A stretch of 64,000 bases of DNA. Origin: Oculina patagonica. Taxonomy: Eukaryota. Shown one piece after another: positions 12,255-27,600 of the stretch (position 1 is the first letter of the stretch; the number at the start of each line of letters is the position of its first letter). The notes beneath the pieces are model-generated. The model saw only the letters and a list, made by a program, of their open reading frames with translations. It was not told the DNA's origin and did no database searches. The position numbers and the translations under genes are program-made. The stretch is taken from contig NC_135763.1 in NCBI RefSeq assembly GCF_052425735.1, forward strand, positions 33,356,001 to 33,420,000, read 5' to 3'.

Positions 12255-13158
12255 ATTAAATGCGGCCAGAGGATTACTTCAAATTACTCAAAACGAAGTT
12301 TATGTCAATTATCGAAGATAAAATGCATTGTTTCAGAACGATCCAGCCAAAATAATTACCTGCGTCACGATTTGTTTTCCTGTTCTGCGATTTCGCCGGT
12401 TGATAGCTCCACTCCAATGATCCGTCACGCTTTGTCACGCATTGTCACGCACTGCTGCGGCGAGGTACCTTCCTTTTACGGCCTTTGACGCAGTCATTTA
12501 AAACAGCGATTGTCGTGCTTCAGATCTTTTATCATTTCTATTGAGTTAGTCAAGCGACGAGACATCATAGTTACAGTTCGACTGATAGAAAGTATACAAA
12601 TAAAAAGTATTCAAAACAAAATAAAATCTATGTATTAAAATTTCACTGTAAATTGATCTTTCCTTTGTTTTTTTTCCTGTTTTCTGTGAAAACAGAAAAA
12701 CAAACTTGAAAGTCGGAAATTTGATAAACTGATAACCCTGCTATTGTTAAAAATGAGCTGAACTGAAGAGAGAAATCGTAAGATGTAATCTTCTTTTCAT
12801 TCTTTCCATGCCGGGTCCGTTGTCCACGCGCGTCGCGTCTTCTCTCGTGAAGAGAGTCGCGAGCTCGCGAGAGTGACGCGAAAAAACGGGCGAGTAGAAA
12901 ACTGCCCAAAAGAAATTTGGAGGTGTCTATCTACCAGATTTCGCTTCGAATTTTGCTAAAAAACAAACAAACAAACAAACAAACAAAAAGAAACAAAACA
13001 AAACAAAAACTATTCTTATTGACGCTTGCGAATTGCCGCTTGGATATAACTTGGGAGCGACGCGAGGGCGAGGGGCTCTTAGCAAATGAGCCCGCGGATC
13101 ATCTGGTTATACGCTCCATAATGCGCGCGCATAGCGCGGGAACAAGAAAAAATCCAAG

Positions 13159-16100
13159 ATGGCGCGTCGAACAACAAATCGAAAACATCAGGGAAATGTT
13201 CTAAAGCAAGCTTGGGAATGGGCTGATCACACCGAACCTGAAAACATCACAAGCGAAAACATCGAGAGTGTCTACCGGATAAATGCAAGTGTTTGTTCCC
13301 AGGGAGATTGTAGGTGAGTTTGCTTTCAAATTCTGTTTTTTTTTAATATCGATCTGTCTGACATGACCTTTGAAATAAAATTTTAGTTAACGGGGTAGAA
13401 TTTTTATATAAAAAAGAACATCAGACTTTTAGGCTAAAGATTTACATTTCACCCTTTTTTATAATTATGCTAAGGCTTAAGAAGAGAATCGCGGCTAGTT
13501 ATACATATATTTAGCTCATTTAGTTTGTGGTTTTGTGTGTACTTGAGGTTTGGTTAGGCCCCTGAGAGCGGTCATTATTTTATTGACCAGGGTGTTGATC
13601 ATTAATTGAGATTAAAAAAAAATAAAGAAAAAAACAGCAATAAAAAAAAGAAACAAGTGTTCAACTGGTTATCCACCAAAAAGCTTCATGTATACTGTTT
13701 ATATAATATAATCCTAATATTTCACAGGAGGAACTGTAAAGCCAATCCTAACTGTTTCAATTGCCTTGGAGAAAGATTTTGGCTAGGCGAAATAAAAGGT
13801 AATCAAAAATTAGAGTATGTAATATAAGATAGTGAGTTGTTTCAATTTCTTACTACAAAGATCGGCAGTTTCTTGGTGTTGCAGATGGTTTGATCACCAA
13901 ATGACATAAAAGGCAATCCCCCTTTTTTTTTTCGTTTATCGTCTTATGTGTTATCTGATTTAGGGTTGGTCGGTCGTAATAATAATAAAAAAACAAAAAC
14001 AAAAAAAAGTGGATAAGGAGTCTGGAACTAGGAGGCCCGGTACCTCACCAGAATATCTGTGGAGCCTGGAGACAAGAAGACATGGTTACAAAGTCAACAT
14101 GGCGGCAATGGAGGAAGGAAAAATCGACGTCTTGTTTAAATTTAGATGAGAACAGCGTAAAAAGGATGAGCCATTATTTAAAATAATGTGTCATTGCCTT
14201 CATTATCTTCTGTATAACATTTTTTTTTTTTTTTTGAAAACGCGAAAATCTGGGTCGGACGACGCTAAACAGAGAAAAAATGGGGGATGGCCAAACAAAT
14301 GATTAAAAAACAATAAACAATACCCCAACCTCAGCACAATAGCTAACCAACAATGGTTTCTGCGATACCAAGATAACCCCATACCATACTTTTATCTGAT
14401 CCAACCACCAACAGGCCACCCAAACCAAGTCGTATTAACAGGGTGGATATATTAAAGAAGTTCTTAATAAAATAAAGAAAATGACAAATTGAACCTTTAT
14501 CTATGCCATGTGTGGCTCACACATGAATAATATAGCACTGACTTGAGAATGGTCAGCTCTTAAATAATTAATAAATATGTTTAAGCCCCGGGCAAACGGT
14601 CATGATAGTTGATGATAGTTGATGAGAGTTCCAACTATCACGCACGTTTGAACACGAACTATCATGCACTATCATCAACTATCATGCTCAAATTCGACAT
14701 GATAGTTGATGATAGTTTTTACCGTTTGATCGCGGGGATGATAGTTTATCGGTCAGTGGTTCAGTCAAAGACGGGCTCAATCCAAGATTCATGGCTTCCG
14801 CAAAGGAAATTCTATCGTTCGTCGAAGAAGAAAACCGAAATTTCGATTAATATTTGGACTATAGTGAAGCTGAAAACGAGAAAGTAAGTGGGAAGAAGAA
14901 GAGTAAAAACAGCGTCGAGAAAGCACTGAAAATGTCACTGCCAAAAGCAAGAGATGGCGTGAAAGCATCGGAAACAAGGAAAAAACATGAAAACATTAAT
15001 CTGCACCGAGTGATAGTGGAGTTGAGAATGAGAAAAGCAAAAATGAAATGCGCGAGCGCATTGCGTGATTTCGACAAACTATCATCAACTATCATGGAGC
15101 GTTTGATTGCAAACATGATAGTCAGTATGATATAGTGAATGATAGTTGGAAGCAGCGAACTATCATCAACTATCATGACCGTTTGATCGAGGCTTTAGTA
15201 AGTAACATGAGTCTGACATTTGACTCAGTCTTTGACTCGAGTGAGACCTGATAATCTCCAAAGACTATCAGCTATATGTAATAGTATTATAACTGCTTTA
15301 ATGTATTTTAATTGAGTAATCTTTTGCACCAATGAACTGCCAACTGTTAGATGAATAAATAAAATTATAATATTTATTACTCTTTTATAGATGATTACTG
15401 GTTACATTGTGAAGATCCAGAAAAAGAAAGAAGACCTGAGGTAATGATAGATAGATAGATAGTTTATTGATATTTATACACGACAGTCTAAAACTGAATT
15501 GCATAAAAATTTACAAATTATTAAAAGAGACAACTATTAAAATCTTATAACTATATTAAAAATTTGCCATGGAAGGAAAAACGATATGTTTAAAACGATT
15601 GGTTCGAGCCTTATATGCTTGAAAATGACATTGACTTAGGAGTGATGTCAGTGCATTTGTATTTAGCTAGGTGTTGAGAAGAAAAAAACTCCCTCAAACT
15701 GCCTTTGAAGTCAAATATTTCTTTTTTTCCTACATCTTTAAGATTAAAATTATCACCATGTGCATACCAGACCAGAAATGATAAAAAAAATCCTGAAAAA
15801 AAATGTTTAAAATCAGGGGCAATCCACTGTAATAGGAGGCCCAGTTCCCAAGCATTATTGTGAAGGAAGTCGCATGATGACAATATTGGAGGATCGATGT
15901 CGTGGCTAAAATGAGCTGAGAAAAGCAAAAAAAAGATGACCATGCTTCTTTGCGATCTACCAGCGTTCATGATGGTTTTTTTTCTTTTTTGAAAAAATTT
16001 AATGTCAAAATATGAGTCCGTTGGGTGACGGTAAACAGAGTTTAAAAAGGGGATGGCTTTAGTCAGAAAAAAAAATATTGAAAACTGATTTGAAGCCCAC

Positions 16101-19100
16101 CATAGACTTTGAAGGAGAAACTGAGTTCCCATCTCAAACCAAAGCCGTAAAAGCTTCTTCAAATTAAAAACATCTCTGTACTCTTTTAAATCAAAGCTTA
16201 GGGATCATCTTCTTTTAAACTTTTAATCATTATTTTATTTAGTTTTCAATTTTATTTGTAAATATTAGTGTTAAGTAGATTTATTTTTTATTGTAAATAG
16301 TTTCTGAAAAGCCCTATGGGGAGATTACTATTAAAGTTCTTATCTTATCTTATCTTATCTTATCTTATCTTATCTTACATTATGTACAGAACAGTCTTGG
16401 GTTTGATCTCAATATCTAACTTGTTTTGTTTGTCAGAATGCTTTTGTTGGCCTCAAGAACCTTGGAGCCACATGCTATGTGAATACATTTCTACAGGTAA
16501 CCTAACTGAAAAGGAACCATGTTGAAACTCTCACAAACACAAATACAGCTGCAGAAGTAAAGGGAAAAACATGAGACATACGCATACACATAGTTGCTCC
16601 CAGCGGGACAACAAACAATGACGTCGATGTAGCTTATAAGAATTCTGCGAACCTTGCAAAAATCCATCATTCTCTGAAGAAGACCGCAGAAGGCGATCGA
16701 AAATTTAGAGTATTGTTTTATATTTTTTAGATCTGTTTTAAACATTTTTATATTTTAAGCTACATGTATGACTACAGATCGCTCCAGCAGTTTTATTTTA
16801 TACACATAGACATGTTTTAAATCACAGTTGATTTCCTTAAGGATTTTGAAATAAATTTTTCAGGGGATTAGACTAGTTTTGAAAACTAACAGCTTGCGTC
16901 AACTTTTGCTATGTAAGGTTGTGAATGATTCAAATAAAAAATGATATAGTGCAGACTACTGGCAAGTTTCAAACATTTTAAATGTTGTCAAATCATTTTT
17001 CATGCAGGTCTGGTTTCATAATCCAGTGTTTCGCTCAGCCATGTACAAATATATCTCTCCTACGATTCCTGGACATCAACCTAAACAAGAGGATACGTCT
17101 AACAAATGTAAGTAATTTTGTTTTATATACATACACATGTTAGGGGAGGCATGGTGGTCTTATGGTTAGTGCGCTAGACTCTGGATCAAGTGGTCTGGTT
17201 TGGGTTTGAGCCCTGGCTAGGGTCATTGTGTTGTGTTCTTGGGCAAGACACTTTACTCTCATGGTGCCTCTCTCCACCCAGGGAAAGGGTACCAGCGAGC
17301 TAATGCTGGGTGGTAACCCTACGTGGACTAGCATCCCATCCAGAAGGGAGTAGAAGTACTCCAAATCACTTCATGCTACATAAACCAGGATAAGCTCTGG
17401 CCTTTTACGGGCCACTAGGCTCGGAGCAGAGTTTTACGTCTGACAACTTTTTCTCTTGTGGATCGCCTGCTAAAATTCATGCAGCTCCCTATAAAAAGGA
17501 GATGTTTTTCAGCATTTTGTATTGTTTTTTGACAGGTGCTGCACAAGGGCAGCCACCTACTGGTACTTCAAATGCTGTTGAAATCCCTGATACTACGTGG
17601 CCCTTGGCATGGCCCTGTCGACATTTGATAAAATGTTATGTGATTTGAAAACACAGCAGTTTCACATCTTACAAATGTGCGAGTGTGCGAGGCCAGGCAG
17701 CGAGGCATGCGAGGGGAGGCAGTGAGGCATGTGAGGCCGAAATCCCTACTCCAAATAAAAAGGCTAACCACAAGCTGCCTAAGCTAACTGTAGGCTGACA
17801 GAAGTGCCATCTATGCTAACTGAAGTGCTATTTAGGCTAACCAGAATGGATCACACGCCTCACTGCCTCGCACATTGTGACGCCCAGAAGTTTCAGTTCT
17901 CACAATTTTTTTTTTCAAATTCTTAGCTCTGAATGGTGTGCCAACAGCAGAGATTGGTACAAACAGCACAGATTCTCCTAAAATGACAAACAACAAAAGC
18001 CAGGATGACCAAGGCTTGAACAAACCCTCTGCTGTAGCTGTAACACCTGAGAAAGCATCAGCTGTACAGCAGGTTCCATTACTTCCATCTACCACTGTGC
18101 TAAGCTCAGAGGAAGCTCCAACTACTGTCTGTGGCCATCTTCAGTTGCTGTTTGCTCAGTTGCAGTACAGTATTCGAAGGTATATATATACTAGTTATGC
18201 AACGCTTTCGAGTGGTATACTATGGAATATCCCATGTGTCACTTGTATTTTCTCGGTATACACACGAGCCTTTAGGCGAGTGTGTATACGAAGAAAATAC
18301 AAGTGACAAGTGGGATATTCCATAGTATACCATGAGAAAGTGTTGTGTAACTATTTTATACCATGCCATAGAAAATACGCTCACTAAATTTCATCGAGAA
18401 TAAGATCGCAGCGCACGATGGGAAGGTTGGGTTGAATACCGTCGAATATACAACAGCTTTCCTGTATTCTGATTGGCTGTATTTTCTATGGCATGGTATA
18501 AATACCGGTATGGGCCAGGGTTCTTAAAAATTATTTGTAATAATAATTATTATTGTATGGTCATATATACCAACTAAGTTCTCTTCAAATTGGGTATAAT
18601 TGTTAAATCTTCTACTTCTGCTCATAGGGACAAGCCTTTTTATAGAAATGAAAAGAGTCAGGATCAATTCAATTAAAAATTTGGACAGCTTAACTGCAAA
18701 GACTGGCCTACCGTGATGCAAAAGATTGACCCAAATTGTAATTTACCAGTAATTTGCAGTTGTACCATTGACCCAAATATTGACATTTAATTAGCAGCTG
18801 TACCATTGTTAGCATGGACATTTTAGAATCAGCAAAATCCCACGCTGGCATGATAACTTACTTTGGAACTTGCACTCTAAATAATATTTATATATCACTC
18901 TGTATAATCATATCTATTATGTCGTGGTGAACTCCAAACTGTCCCCAGAATCTACTTTTCTTTTAGTCAACCCAAAAACTGACCAAAAGAAAAGTGGATT
19001 CTGGGAATGAGATTGAGTGAGCCTTTTGAGTTTAGTGAGCTTTTGAGACAACCTTTATAGGCTCAGAGAAAAGGCTTTATTTTGCAATTATTTAAACAAT

Positions 19101-22100
19101 GCTATTCATCATTAATTGTAGGTACATTGATCCCAGCCCATTTGTTGACAGTCTAGGATTGGACACGGCACAACAGCAGGTATTTTGATTTCTTTTTGTC
19201 AAGATTTGTCTTGCAACACTGCAGCTTAAAAACGCCTGTTCACTAAATGTGTACTGTATGATTGTATAAAAGATCTTTCTCACACCATGCCAAGCCAAAC
19301 CACACAGCCTGTCCTTTATTGATATAATTGTAATAAAGCATTTCAATCAGGCAAATAACTGGAAAAACATTCTTTAAAAAAAAACCTGGGTAAACTGGCG
19401 GTAAGCTCATAACCTGATGAGGGCTCACAAGATTGAGGAACTGGTGGAACTTTAAGCATATAAAAACTTGTCAAAAAAATTGAACTTGTAATCACTTTAA
19501 GGGTTGTGGGGGGGGGGCAGGTCATGCAATGGCAGATGGCAAAAAACAAACTGAACTTAACACTGAGCCATGTGACCTTATAACCCCTCCCACACACACA
19601 CTAGAACCCAGACTCTCAGCAGTGTGTGAGAAATTAAAATGTTTTCCACTTCTTTCGTTCCTCAGCCAGCAGAAAACCACACCCGCAGAATTTAATGACT
19701 TGATAATATTTTCAATATTCTGCTTTTTGATTGGCTTTTTGTTTTGAAAAATGTTTTGTTCTTTCTGGTTAATTTATAGGATGCACAGGAGTTTAGCAAA
19801 CTTTTTACCTCTTTACTGGAAGAAACATTCTCACAACAGGTTGGATGTGCATGGATTCATTGTTTGAACAAAATATCCAGTGATTTAATTTTCCAGGACA
19901 GAAGAATGTTTATAATGATGTAGATCTCTTTCAAGGGTCATTGAAATTCTCTGACAATCTTATGTAATTTTTATTCTGCAGGCTGAACCCGAGATACAGG
20001 ACATTGTTCAATCTCAGTTTGGTGGAGAATACTTTTACGTCACAGAGTAAGGAAGTGAGATTATTCAAGGTTGAATTCATTTAAGTATACATTCTCCTTC
20101 ACACATCAATTGGAATTGGCAAAAAGAACTCTAAAAAGCCAATGTTTGTTGACCAGGTACAAAGCTGTGCTCTAAGCTAACTAGCAGAGCCTGGGTGCTA
20201 CAGGCGACTTACTTTTGTCTCTGGGCGACTTGTTAAACTTTTACTATCATGAAAGCTTCCGAAAGCTGGGCACCCAAGATTTCTTTCACAAGAGCCTGAG
20301 GACACCCCGTAATATTTTAAGAGCACAGCTTTGAGCTAGGCAAAGGTGGGCAAGTTAATGAGTTATCCATATTGTAGAAAGTCTGTATGTGTGTGTCAGG
20401 CCATACAACAATGTAAATAACTTGATGTCAAATTTCTGTTTTCAGATGTCACAGCTGTGGAAACAAGTCAAAGAGGCTTTCTCGGTTTTATGAACTGGAT
20501 CTGAACATTCAGGGACACACCTCACTCAACCAGTGTATCAAGGAATTTTTAAAGGTCCGATAACTTGTGACATTTTATTGCTTTCTCGACTGATACTTTT
20601 TAGGTTTACAATCTAAAATGTACAATGAAACACTTGCAAATACAGTTACTGAAATTTTTTGGCCTTATTTACTTTTTATTTACTTTACATATTGCAAGCC
20701 TTTACCCTTTACACTATCTTATGTACTTATACCAAATATATTTGCACTTGAATCATAGGTGTTTAATAATTTAGTGATAATGTTTTTGTTGTTGTTGATA
20801 TTTTTTCAGGAAGAAAAGTTGGATGGCGATAACCAGTACTACTGCACTCAATGTAACAGTAAACAGAACGCTGCTCGTTACATTGAACTTCACTCCCTGC
20901 CTCCAGTTCTCAACCTGCAACTGTTACGATTTGTTTTTGACAGGTGAGTCTTGCGCTGTCACTGAATGGAGAAGTATCTTTTCTTATGACTTTTATTCTT
21001 AAATTAAAATCGCACCACCAAAGGGGAGCAGGGATAGTGCAGTGGTGAGAGCGCTCGCTTTCCACAAATGTGGCCCGAATTTGATTCCCGGACCTAGTGT
21101 TGTATGTGGTTTGAGTTTGTTGTTGGTTCTCATCCTTGCTCTGTGGGTTTTTTCCAGGTTCTCCGGTTTTCCTCCCTCCTGAAAAACTGACGTCTCTAAA
21201 TTCCAATTCATCCTGAAAAGAGGACCCGCATGAAAACCAGCTAGAGCTGATGTGGCTTCCTCTCTAAATACAGTAATTTTTATTCACCAATCAGAAGCAA
21301 TCGTGCAATGAGCCATTTGAACTGTGTTGATCCTAATTGGTTAAAAAAATGACATTTTTCTTTTGATTGGTTAGAACAAGGTGCTTATTAGTTTAATTAT
21401 CTATATACTAAAACATTCACAGGAATTTTTACAAAAGTGTAATAAAGTTCTCACTAAATGAGTTGAAAGTGCCTTTAAAATAGTTAAAAAATCCAAATAA
21501 AAAATAGTTAAAAAATACAGGAATATTTATCTTTTTTTGTGAAACAGGAAAACTGGCTACAAGAAAAAACTGAATTCATTCATTCAGTTTCCTGATATTC
21601 TTGATATGAAGGACCATGTGAAGAATGGATGCATTGGTAAGCAAGCTCTGTTTATGGAGTTTAGTACTTTTACTCAGCTGATAAAAGGTGTATATTCTAC
21701 CATCAGGATCTGACTCAGTTTACGAGCTTAGTGCAGTGTTGATTCACTTTGGCGTGAGTGCTTATTCAGGACACTATGTGGCTCACATCAGAGATAAAAA
21801 GGTTTGTCTTGATATATTCCCAGTAAGTACCGTACCTCCTAAAAAACTCTGCTCAAAGGAAGAGGGGGTGCTTATTTTGAAGAAGGGCGCATAATCGAGT
21901 ATGATATTCGACAGGGGTGCTTAATTTAAGCTTTTCCTTCAACTATAACTTTATTTCAGCTTAATCTTCATATGCAAGAAGAACTACATTATGCATGTTT
22001 GACACGACTGTTTTAATATTCATGATATTCTATTCTTTATTTATTTTTTATGTTTAGTCAGGCTCATGGTACAAGTTTAATGATGAAGATATTGTTAAGA

Positions 22101-24652
22101 TGCAGGGAAAGTTAAAACTGTCACAGGATGAAGATTCTGCAGGTTAGTAACATTTTTTTAATCATAGGTGGCGGAGCAGCGACGACAGGGGGGTTGTTGC
22201 CCTCCAAACAAAAAGTTGGGGGGGGGGGGCTCAGCCCCCACACATTTCAGTGCCAAAAGTTTTCCCCAAAGCACTACTAGGAGAGGTCTGCAACCTGTTA
22301 AGATTGTATTTGACATTACCTGTGGCATCGGCAACTTCAGAGCGTACATTTTCTTCCCTCCGATATCTAAAGAACAATCGAACAAGCACCATGAAGCAGG
22401 ATCGTCTGAACTGCCTAGTAAAATGCATTGTCACAAATTGATTATCCGCACACTGGATACAGTACTGGGAAATTTGAGTAGGGGGATGCCTACCCCCCCC
22501 CCCCCCATGTTTCCTAATGCTCTGCCGCCTCTGTAACCATCTTAAGATACAAATTTCAAGTTTAATGACAAGTGATTTGAGGTAAATATGCTCTCCAATG
22601 TCACTATTTTTACAAGAACACAAGAGTGTGCATTGTGCGTGGAATTTCCATGTACATGTGTCTGTAATGTTTTTCTCAAGCTTGCTTCCATTTTTACCGA
22701 GAATTTTATTAAACTAAAGTACTCAGGTAGTTTGTTTGTCAGTATTATACTGTTATGTAATTTCAAGTGCCCATTTCTCTGTTCCAGATACTAGCATTAA
22801 GCCAGCCAAAAGGCCCAAATGTGCAAAGGGTTATCATGTGTCGAAGAATGCATACACATTGGTGTACACCCTCCAAGGACATAAGGGTGTTGGTAAGGCA
22901 GCACTAGAAAATTTTCATTTCTCACACCACTGGTAGCCATGCCAGGCCGACTGCCACAACTTGACCTTAATTACAACCTCAACAAAACAATACATGTACA
23001 TCATAGGGAAAAACACACAATGGCAAAACTAACAAAATTTACAGTGCTAACTAAAAATCTTTGGACAGGTAGGTGGGAAAAGGTCAGTAATGGTGGATGC
23101 AACAAAATAATAAAATCAACTGCCCACCAAAGGTCACATGACCCTTTCCTAGTGTCCTAGCGGTGTGTGATAAAAACATTTTTCACCTATTTCGTTTCAA
23201 TCAGCCAGTGGGAAACAAAAAAAAAAAAAAAACACTTTGATTTTGAGGGCACTTAAAATGGAATATTGTGCTCACTAAAATAACAACCATGGCTAGGACT
23301 TAAAGGTTTTGATGGTCAACCAATCATTTTTAGTTTGTGATGTAAGGTCATTAACCACAGTCATGTTATTAGTAGATTTTCCTGTCTGGCAAGTGACTTT
23401 TCATGCTCACTTGCCCGACGGGCAAGGGCCCTGGCAAACCAACAATTAACTTAACTTCTCTGACAACGATTTTGAAACAAAGCAGTACATTTTTGGCCTA
23501 TTTGTCATGGGTAATCAAAGGTTATAAATAAACTTTTACAAAAACTAAAGGAAGCTTAAATAAACACGCAGGCTACTTTGAACAAGGCTTCATGACAGTG
23601 ATAAATTCACCATTTGCAAGCCTTTAAGACCTTCATTTTTTGTTCTTATTTTCCATAGAATCAGCCACCCAAAACAGTAAGGCAATTAAATAACAATAAT
23701 AATGCATCAAAAACTGTTCCAATCAACGATTTGATTCGAAATGATTCTCAATTGTTTTCAGATTTGTTGAAATGTGTTGCCAATGTCTCAAAACGCATTC
23801 CAAATGTTTTGAAACGGTTTTGAAATGATTTTCAACGGAATTTTCATTTCATTGAAGAGGTCATTGAAATGCATTGTCAATCTTCCAAAATGCATTGACT
23901 ATGTTGTCATAATTCATTCTCGTATAATGGTCCTTTCCTTTAAGGGTCGTTTTCACAAATGGTTTGGGGGGGGGGGGGCGGGGTGGGGTTCATGAATTAT
24001 TAATAAGTTTAGGAACCTGGGCAAGGGGGAAAAGTGTCCGGGCAAGCAAAATTTGAGAGTTACTTGCCCCATGGGCAAGCTGGATTTCAAGTTTTTGTCG
24101 AGCCCTGTGTTAACCACTCTCTGCCTTTTTGTTGTTGAAGACCAATCTTAGCAAAAATCCAATACCATTTGCACCGATCGTGCCAGTCCGTTGAAATCTT
24201 CAAGTCAATGATACTGTATACAATCTGCACATACCGGTAGTCCGTCTGACTTGATTTAATTTCTCAAAGAAAACTTTACGTTCATTGTTTAAGGGAGTGA
24301 AGATGATGACGTTGAAGTTCCACCTCATGTGCAAGAGTTGGTGGCGATTGACAACAGTCGATTCGAACACTGGGTTACAGAGGTTAAAGCATTTCGGGTA
24401 AGACCTTGTGTTATTGGTGAAGTTTTAGAACTACTTGCAAATGAAACTTTTTTTTACAATATTTTGTTCTATAGTGAAATGTATCAGGTATCCCCGTATG
24501 TGCATTTTGCTCATCTCCAGACTGAGGTAACCACCAGCCTAGCAGTGAACAGCTGTTTCGTCCTCTTTGGGACTCGTCAGCACTGCACAAGGCATAGTGG
24601 ATAATTAACAATTATTCCATGAGCGTGCGTTGGATATGAGTTGGCTATAACT

Positions 24653-24685
<33 letters not shown>

Positions 24686-27600
24686 TATTAAAAAACGCCC
24701 AAAGAATTGCAATATTTGAGCTCCCCGGCTTTTCTAGAAAACGTGTTTTGGCTACCATATTTGTGGTCAATGGTATATGAGCTCATATACCATTACCTGT
24801 TAACCAATCAAAACTCAGGAATTGCAATATATCATTGCTCGTTTGCAATGGGAGAAAGTTCTTATTTTTCCACGTTAGTGATCTAACACTGTGACTTGTG
24901 GTACACAAGATGAACCTCTGGAGACGAGCGCACCAGTAGTTTTAGACTACCGTCGAGGAAAAAAAAAACACCTCAAAAATACGCTGTTGAGGAGCAAGCG
25001 AATAAAGTGAAACTTTTTTATATGCTATGCTTGACTTTTAGGAAATGTTGGTCGCCTTAGGACGGGCAAGACAGGCTGAAATAAAAAAATTATATCAAGA
25101 CATGTCAGTCACTTCAGGTACTAAATGGATAACGAAAAACAATCATTTATTGATAACATAAATCTTCGATGCGATAGCAGATTCACTGGTTCTTTCAAGT
25201 ATTACAGTGAAACATGTCATGTACCATTTGTGCGCGCTAACTTTTTGGCGTCTTTCCTTTGGCTTTTCAAGTTCTCAGCCAATCAGATAGCTAGAAATTG
25301 CATGTGCAATTTATCGGTGCGTGACTACTTTGACATCTCCACCCCCGAGACTAACTTGACTTTTGATTGGCTAAGCTATTGGAAAACCAACATAAATATA
25401 TAAAAGGGATTGTGTCACGGATTTTAGCCAAAATTTAGGCATGGGACATGACCCTCAAGGTCGGTGAAATATTGAAATTGCCTTGTAAAACATTGAAAGA
25501 ACATTTCAATAACACAACAAATACAAAAGAAGGTACGGATGGCGAGAAGTGACGGAGATTGAAACGGATTGCGAAATGAGTTTTTGAAATGTTGTTGGGC
25601 TGAACAGTTTTCAAAGTTAATCTTTTTGCGTGCAACTTTAACTAATAGCGCCCGGGAGACCCATTTGGTTGCAATGAAGCTATGGTTTTGTCATTTAGAT
25701 TTATAGAAGTAATTTCTTTGCACAAGTTAAGTTTCATAGCAAAAGTTTCTGGCAAAACTTAATAAAATAAACTTAACTTAGCCGTAACACAGTCCCTTTA
25801 ATGGAGACGTTTTGTCACTTTTCAGAAACAGAGTATGAATGGATTTCTACAAAATGGTTGAAAGATTGGATGAACGAGAAAATTCAAACGCCGCCAGTGG
25901 ACAATTCCTCACTGCTGTGTTCTCATGGGAAGTAAGTGGAACTCTGCATTTTTATTTTTCACCGACACTGACTTTAAACAGCACCTAATACTCCTGTTGT
26001 TGCACGAAGCAAAATATAAAGTTGATTGTTTTGTTTTAAAATTCTTTTTTGTTGTTGTTCTTACATCAGGCTCAACCCAAATCAAGTTCTTAATGCGAAG
26101 AGAATCAACATCAAAGCTGTAAGTTGTCAATATTTAGAGAAATTCCCAGTGGTTTATTTCACCCTATAATAGTTTGCACAGCCACTTACATGTATATTTT
26201 CATTTTGTTTGTTTAGGCAGACGAAATTTTCAGAAATTACGGTGGGCTGCCAAGACTTCAAAGGTAATAAAATTTCTTCGTTGTTTGTTCCACAAATGTT
26301 TCATGAAGCAAGTTTAAAATAGAGAGAAAAATTTGAAATGTTTATGAGCGTTTTGACCATTTAATATAATCGGCCAAACAGAAATTAAAATCCAACGTTT
26401 TTTTTTAGTCACAGATACTGAGATACTGAAATATATTAACTCGTTAAATTATCTGGAGCCCTTCAGTTTCTACATAGAGCGGTTTTCACTTGAGTGTCGA
26501 AAGCAATTCTCGTTTGCTTTGGTTTTGCATTACTACGCTTAGTGATTGGCTCAAAAAAACTCGCACCACTTTCTCAGCCAATCAGGAGTAAAACCAAAAC
26601 CAATCGTAATTCGCTCGCGCACGTTTTCCCGCGCTTCGTGCCGGCTCTTGGAGTTTTGATTGGTTCACTAGATTGTCTGTGTCCTTTGTGATTGGCCAGA
26701 GTGATTACCTTGGTTTTGGTTTTACGTTACTCGATTAAAAACTGCCCTAACGCGTTGAGGAATAAACTGTTAGTTTGTACTGTTATTCTCCAGTGACTCG
26801 ATGTGTGTCAACTGTGTAAAGGAACAATGCAGAAGAATGCGATTTGAGTCCAGGCTGGCTGAAGATTACAAGTTTGTGTCCGATGCTTTGAAGTCTCAAA
26901 CATCGAACAGGTAAATAACATTTTATTTTTCAGCCAATCAGATAAAGTCTGCACACGAGCCTAGTGGTCCGGCCATCAGGCCGGAGCCTAACCCGGTTTC
27001 CGTAGCATGAAGCGATTAGGAGTATTTCTACTCCTCCTTGGATAGGATTGGATGCTAGTCCATCGCATGGTTACCCCCAGCATTATGTCGCCGGTACCCA
27101 TTCATACACCAGGGTGGAGAGGGGCACTATGAGAGTAAAGTGTTTTGCCCAAGAACACAACACAAGTGACCCAGGCCGGGGCTCGAACTCGGACCCCTCA
27201 ATTCGGAGTCCAGCACACTAACCATTAGGCCACCGCGCCTCCCAAGCCAATCAGATGCCTTGCCAAATCTTGACGTGTTCTGGTAAAGCGCCCCTGCACC
27301 TTTCACTGGTCACATGTCACTGGTTCACGTTTCAGTCTCTTTTTTTTGCAGTGAGAAGTACTTTTGGGTCGGTCGACGATCGCTTCTGAGATGGAAAGCT
27401 TTGGCAAACTACTATGAAGAGATGCGACAGAGTTTGATGGACAGCTGTCAAGTTACAGCCAATCACGACGTGGAGGACGAAGACGACGCTAACGCTAGTA
27501 GAAATGAAAATAATGATGTGAGCATGACAGAAGAGGAGAACGCAACTGAGCAGGTGGACAAGAATGTACAGGAAAATGGCGCTGAGGAGGACGAAAATGA

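Noticed and set aside
14609-15176. Several short ORFs with repeated MIVDDS / LSSTIM peptides
   Set aside because: They arise from the internal repeats of a MITE.
15611-16162. 183-aa minus-strand ORF in a USP48 intron
   Set aside because: No ATG start and F/L-rich composition. The region looks like a decayed retroelement 3' end with a (TCTTA)n tail nearby, but I could not establish a convincing domain.
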